64,000 bases of DNA from positions 160,001-224,000 of the forward strand of contig JAZDJN010000016.1 of NCBI GenBank assembly GCA_043803945.1. Direction: 5' to 3'. The position numbers and the translations under genes were made by a program. Below are positions 59,502 to 64,000 of the stretch, one piece after another. Numbering within the stretch: the stretch's first letter is position 1; each line of letters begins with the position of its first letter. A model generated the notes under the pieces. That model was not told the origin of the DNA and made no database searches. It was given only the letters and a program-made list of their open reading frames with translations. The stretch is from a bacterium (GTDB lineage Bacteria > Bacteroidota > Ignavibacteria > UBA10030).

Positions 59502-62012
59502 ATGAAAGCAGTGATCATGGCGGGAGGTTTTGGGACTCGTTTGCGCCCATTAACCTGTAACGTCCCAAAACCGATGGTTCCAATGCTGAATCGGCCGATG
59601 ATGGAACATATCATCAGGCTTGTCAGAGAGAATGGTATCTCTGATATGCTTTCAACACTTTACCATCAACCTGAAGCTATTACGAGCTACTTTGGGAATG
59701 GAAAAGCCTTCCAGATTAATATGCAGTATATGAAGGCCGAAGCCGACTATGGCACTGCAGGCAGTGTTCGAAATGCAAAAGATTTTTTGGATCAACGGTT
59801 TATTGTTATCAGCGGCGATGTCTTTACGGATTTCGATCTCTCAGCAGCAATCCGATATCATGAAGAGAAAAAAGCCAAGGCAACCATCGTCCTGACACAC
59901 GCGGCAAACCCCCTCCAATTCGGTGTCGTGCTCACTGCAGACGATGGGAAGATCACAAGATTTTTAGAAAAACCTTCCTGGGGCGAAGTTTTTAGTGATA
60001 CTATTAACACCGGTATTTATATCCTTGAACCTGAGGTTTTGGATCTCATCCCCTACCGTGAGGAATTCGATTTCAGTAAAAACCTCTTCCCTATAATGCT
60101 CGAACAGAACCTCGGATTGTATGGCTACATCGCTGAAGGATACTGGCGGGACATTGGAAATTTAAACGAATATCAAGACGCTCATCTTGATGCATTGCGA
60201 GGATCAGTCCGCGTGCCGCTGACCGGAAAACGCTATGGTGATGCCTATATCGATGAGGGGAGTACGGTTGAGACTGATGTGAAAAATCTTTCCGGTACGG
60301 TTGTCATCGGGAAGAACACCCGCATTCACCCCGATGTCATAATATCGAATTCCGTTATCGGCGATAATTGTGAAATAAAAACTGGAAGTATTATCCGCAA
60401 TTCTGTGATCTGGAGCGGAACCCGAGTATTTCAGAAGGCGGAAATCTCGACCGACGTTATCGGATCGCTCTGTACGATTGGTGAAGAGGCAATCATCGCT
60501 GAGAATGTCTTTATCGGCGACCAGTGCATTGTCGGTCGCAAGAGCAGGTTGATGGCCAACATCAAATTGTGGCCGGAAAAGAATGTTGAAGATGGCGCAA
60601 TTGTCACACGCAGTCTGGTGTGGGAAGATCGTTGGCTTAAGGAGTTATTCACCGAGGCCCGCGTGAGCGGATTATCCAACATCGAGATGAATCCTGAATT
60701 TGGCGCCAAACTGGGGGCGGCCTTTGGTGCATTTGTAGGAGCTGGATCTACGATCGTCACGAGTCGTGACTCAGACAATGTCTCCAGAATGGTAAATCGT
60801 GCTTTCATGTGCGGTCTTATGTCCGCAGGCATCAATTGTGTTGATTTGCGCGCGAGCTCTATACCGATTGTCCGCCATGAATTAAAAGGCGGCAAAGAGC
60901 GTGGTGGAATTCACGTCAGGAAATCGCCCTATGATCGGAATATTACCGATATCATCTTCTTAGATGCTGATGGTAAGGACCTGCCATCGAATAAGGCAAA
61001 ATCTGTTGAACGGCTTTTCTTTGGCGAAGACTTCATCCGAGCCAACCACGATGCCGTGGGATCCATCAGATTCTCAGAGCGATCAACAGAGAGTTACCTT
61101 GAACGCGCCTACGCAACCTTGAACATTCAGGCTATTCGATCAGCCTCGCTAAAACTTGTGATCGATTACTCCAATGGCATCGCTTCAACCATTTTCCCCA
61201 ATATCCTTGGGGATATGAACGTCCAGGTGATTGCTCTGAATGCCTATCTCGACAGACAGAAGCTCACCCGGACAAATGATGAGATTCAACATTCATTAAA
61301 AGGACTTGGTCACGTTGTGACTTCCCTTAAATACGATATGGGTTGCATGCTGGACCCAGGAGCGGAGAAGTTATTTGTGGTCGATGAGGAAGGCAAGTGG
61401 ATAGACAACGACAGAATGTTGACACTCATGACCAAGCTTGTCGTGCTCGCACACCCCGATACGAAACAAATTGCTGTACCAATTTCTGCAACCGGCGAAA
61501 TCGATCTTCTCGCCACAGCGATGGGTTTTTCGGTCGTGAGAACCAAGGATAGCCATCTTTCTCTCATGCAAGCAGCGTCGGATAAAAATACAAAGTTTGT
61601 CGGAGGCACCAGGGGTGGATTTATTTTTAACGATTTCCTTTTTGCTTCGGATGCGATGTACTCCGTCGGGAAACTTCTCGAGTGCATGGCACTCACAAAA
61701 CGCCATCTCGCCGACCTCGATAAGGAGACTCCAAAGCTGCATCTGGCAAAGCGCGATCTCGATTGTGCGTGGAATAACAAGGGTCGCGTGATGCGCTATA
61801 TCATGAAGGATACCGAACATCTGAAACGTGAACTAATCGATGGTGTAAAAATATTTCCCAAAGAAAATAACCGTAAGACATCTGTACTTTTATATCCTGA
61901 TCGGACACGCCCTGTCTTCCATGTCTTTGCCGAATCTGAAGACCTGACAACGGCCCAACAATTGGCAATTGAATATGATGCAAAAATCAGCCATTGGATT
62001 AACAGTGACTAA
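59502..62012 (+). CDS. Mannose-1-phosphate guanylyltransferase fused to a left-handed beta-helix and a phosphomannomutase-like domain
   Basis: AGGFGTRLRPLT...PKP, GTAGSV, FLEKP, INTGIY, YWRDIG, hexapeptide repeats, PGM/PMM-like C-terminal half. Confidence 0.9.
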   Translation: MKAVIMAGGFGTRLRPLTCNVPKPMVPMLNRPMMEHIIRLVRENGISDMLSTLYHQPEAITSYFGNGKAFQINMQYMKAEADYGTAGSVRNAKDFLDQRFIVISGDVFTDFDLSAAIRYHEEKKAKATIVLTHAANPLQFGVVLTADDGKITRFLEKPSWGEVFSDTINTGIYILEPEVLDLIPYREEFDFSKNLFPIMLEQNLGLYGYIAEGYWRDIGNLNEYQDAHLDALRGSVRVPLTGKRYGDAYIDEGSTVETDVKNLSGTVVIGKNTRIHPDVIISNSVIGDNCEIKTGSIIRNSVIWSGTRVFQKAEISTDVIGSLCTIGEEAIIAENVFIGDQCIVGRKSRLMANIKLWPEKNVEDGAIVTRSLVWEDRWLKELFTEARVSGLSNIEMNPEFGAKLGAAFGAFVGAGSTIVTSRDSDNVSRMVNRAFMCGLMSAGINCVDLRASSIPIVRHELKGGKERGGIHVRKSPYDRNITDIIFLDADGKDLPSNKAKSVERLFFGEDFIRANHDAVGSIRFSERSTESYLERAYATLNIQAIRSASLKLVIDYSNGIASTIFPNILGDMNVQVIALNAYLDRQKLTRTNDEIQHSLKGLGHVVTSLKYDMGCMLDPGAEKLFVVDEEGKWIDNDRMLTLMTKLVVLAHPDTKQIAVPISATGEIDLLATAMGFSVVRTKDSHLSLMQAASDKNTKFVGGTRGGFIFNDFLFASDAMYSVGKLLECMALTKRHLADLDKETPKLHLAKRDLDCAWNNKGRVMRYIMKDTEHLKRELIDGVKIFPKENNRKTSVLLYPDRTRPVFHVFAESEDLTTAQQLAIEYDAKISHWINSD

Positions 62013-62048
62013 CAATTCACGTTGCCATGGACTGTTTGGAGTCTCTGC

Positions 62049-62519
62049 ATGAAAATTAGCGATATCCTCAATGAACAGGTGATTAGAATTAATCTTCCCG
62101 GATCAACGAAAACCGAGGTCATTAACGCGATGATCGATCTCGCTGCGCAGCAGGAGAAGGTTCTCGACAAAGAGAAACTTCGCACTGCAATTTTTGAGCG
62201 TGAGAAAATCATGTCCACCGGAGTTGGGAGCGGTTTTGCCATCCCCCATGGAAAAACGGATGCCGTAAGCGATATCACAGCATCGCTCGGGATTACTGAA
62301 CAACCGATCGACTACCAGGCACTCGATGACCAGCCGGTGCGGATCCTATTTCTCCTGGTGGGCCGGGACAATATGGTCGGTCCACATATCAAACTGCTAA
62401 GCCGAATTTCACGATTGATGAACAAAGAAGAGTTCCGCAGCCGACTACTCGAAGCAACAAGCGTTACGGAGATCATGGAAATCTTCAAGCAAGAAGAGGA
62501 TGCTCAGTTTGAGTCTTAA
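62049..62519 (+). CDS. PTS IIA (fructose/Ntr-type) domain protein
   Basis: RE..MSTGVGSGFAIPHGK, H.KLLSRISRL; ATG 62049. Confidence 0.93.
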   Translation: MKISDILNEQVIRINLPGSTKTEVINAMIDLAAQQEKVLDKEKLRTAIFEREKIMSTGVGSGFAIPHGKTDAVSDITASLGITEQPIDYQALDDQPVRILFLLVGRDNMVGPHIKLLSRISRLMNKEEFRSRLLEATSVTEIMEIFKQEEDAQFES

Positions 62520-62593
62520 CTCTCATTCACACCTGATTCACCGTCTTCATTCTCGAATTCTTGCATCGATCAACACACACAAAGGCTTCCACC

Positions 62594-63850
62594 GTGAGGT
62601 ATAAATCTATAAGAGGGACAAAGGATATTCTCCCGGGTGAAATAGAGCTCTGGCAATTTATTGAACAGACCATCCGATCGGTCATGGCCGATTTTAATTA
62701 TCGGGAGATTCGGACTCCGATCTTTGAAGAGACCGGCCTCTTTGCACGCAGTATTGGTGAGTTGACCGACATTGTGAGTAAAGAGATGTACTCTTTCCTG
62801 GATCGGAGCCAGGATAGCCTAACACTCCGTCCGGAAGGCACTGCCGCTGTTCTACGGGCTTATCTCCAGAATAATCTTGGCGAACAGCTACCGTTGACTA
62901 AAGTGTATTACATCGGGCCTATGTTTCGCCAGGAACGCCCCCAGGCGGGCAGACTGCGTCAGTTCCATCAATTCGGTGCGGAAGGATTGGGTTCCTCTTC
63001 TCCGATGCTCGATGCGGAAATGATGATTATTCCACTGACTGTCTATCGGAAGCTGGGCTTGAAAAATTTTTCATTGAAGATTAATTCGGTTGGATGCGAG
63101 CAATGCCGTCCACCGTACAAAGAAATGCTCATTGCTGAACTCCAGAAAATTCAGCACAGACTTACACCAGAAAGTCAAGAGCGCATCCTCAATAATCCCC
63201 TCCGCGTACTCGATTCCAAAGATGAAGGCGATCAGGAATTCACGCGCACTGTACCGCTGATGTACGACCATCTCTGTCAGAATTGTCGCACACATTTTGA
63301 AGAACTCCAAACCCTATTTCACCAAGGCTCTATCCCATTCACTGTTGACGGCAGACTCGTCCGCGGACTTGATTACTATACCAAGACAGCCTTTGAGATT
63401 ACCAGCACGGACCTTGGATCGCAAGATGCACTCGCCGGCGGCGGACGTTATGATTTATTGATGGAGGAACTTGGCGGCAAACCAACACCCGGAGTCGGGT
63501 TCGCAGCAGGCATGGAACGACTCGTTATGGTTCTCCAGAAAGCATGCCTCACTACTGTTGGAGGAACAACACCCGATCTCTACATTGCAGCAGCTGACGA
63601 CAAAACACGGCAATGGGCATTTGTTAAAACTTGCGAACTTCGACCAAAGGGATTTTCAATTGAGATCGATTACCTCTCCCGAAGCCTCAAAGCGCAGATG
63701 CGCGAAGCCAATCGGCAGCAGGTACACTACGTTGTTGTCGTCGGTGAGACTGAGCTTCAAAGCGGCATGGCAAAATTAAAGAACATGTCAACCGGGGAAG
63801 AAATTCCGATTGCCTTAAACAGCATCGATACGGTTCTTTCCAAACGATGA
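62594..63850 (+). CDS. hisS: Histidine--tRNA ligase
   Basis: RGTKD, LRPEGTA, FRQERPQAGRLRQFHQ, RGLDYY, GGGRYD; GTG 62594. Confidence 0.98.
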   Translation: MRYKSIRGTKDILPGEIELWQFIEQTIRSVMADFNYREIRTPIFEETGLFARSIGELTDIVSKEMYSFLDRSQDSLTLRPEGTAAVLRAYLQNNLGEQLPLTKVYYIGPMFRQERPQAGRLRQFHQFGAEGLGSSSPMLDAEMMIIPLTVYRKLGLKNFSLKINSVGCEQCRPPYKEMLIAELQKIQHRLTPESQERILNNPLRVLDSKDEGDQEFTRTVPLMYDHLCQNCRTHFEELQTLFHQGSIPFTVDGRLVRGLDYYTKTAFEITSTDLGSQDALAGGGRYDLLMEELGGKPTPGVGFAAGMERLVMVLQKACLTTVGGTTPDLYIAAADDKTRQWAFVKTCELRPKGFSIEIDYLSRSLKAQMREANRQQVHYVVVVGETELQSGMAKLKNMSTGEEIPIALNSIDTVLSKR

Positions 63851-63999
63851 AAACCAAGAAAAAAATTCGGATTCGACCAGAGTATATACTTAATATTTTT
63901 CCTTACACCATCGAGTGGAAAAATAAGCAAACCACTCTTTTTGTTATGCAGACGTTGAGTGAGTTTACCAATTTCAATTACCAGATCCTCATCGATTCT
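63847..63999 (+). CDS. Hypothetical protein, 5' part only
   Basis: ATGA overlap with the hisS stop; frame open to the window end (MKTKKKIRIRPEYILNIFP...). Confidence 0.55.
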   Translation, partial: MKTKKKIRIRPEYILNIFPYTIEWKNKQTTLFVMQTLSEFTNFNYQILIDS

Positions 64000-64000
64000 C

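Noticed and set aside
1-64000. CRISPR arrays, tRNA/rRNA, IS or prophage genes
   Set aside because: No regularly spaced repeats, cloverleaf or rRNA signatures, transposases or phage genes detected

Overview
Mostly core chromosomal DNA from an FCB-group bacterium, most likely Ignavibacteria-like. This is inferred from a Bacteroidota/Chlorobi-type primary sigma factor, hrcA-grpE-dnaJ without dnaK, a long LptA/OstA and a DUF2723 gene. About 55 CDSs cover dinB, an orphan hybrid histidine kinase, fucI, deoC/deoB, class II ribonucleotide reductase, carA, chaperones, pckA/aspC, the kds/lpt cluster, lepA/lepB/hemW, parAB, def/fmt and hisS. The one clearly accessory insertion is a NotI-family endonuclease plus amino-methyltransferase cassette. 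No rRNA, tRNA, CRISPR array, prophage or transposase was seen. The most interesting signals are: (1) a DUF2723 (TMEM260-like GT-C)/methyltransferase/GT4 operon, alongside dense D-[ST]-[AILVMT] sequons in exported proteins, suggesting a protein O-glycosylation system; (2) a 64-aa Cys-containing protein resembling ribosomal protein bL38/DUF4295; (3) a structured ~240-nt nrdJ leader; (4) a PelD-like degenerate GGDEF protein divergent from a GDP-mannose synthesis gene; (5) a duplicated palindromic operator before aspC-pckA; (6) a recurring TTGnnn-N17-TAnnTT promoter; (7) a purD 5' relic and an internally deleted thioesterase. All family calls come from motif recognition by eye, not database searches.
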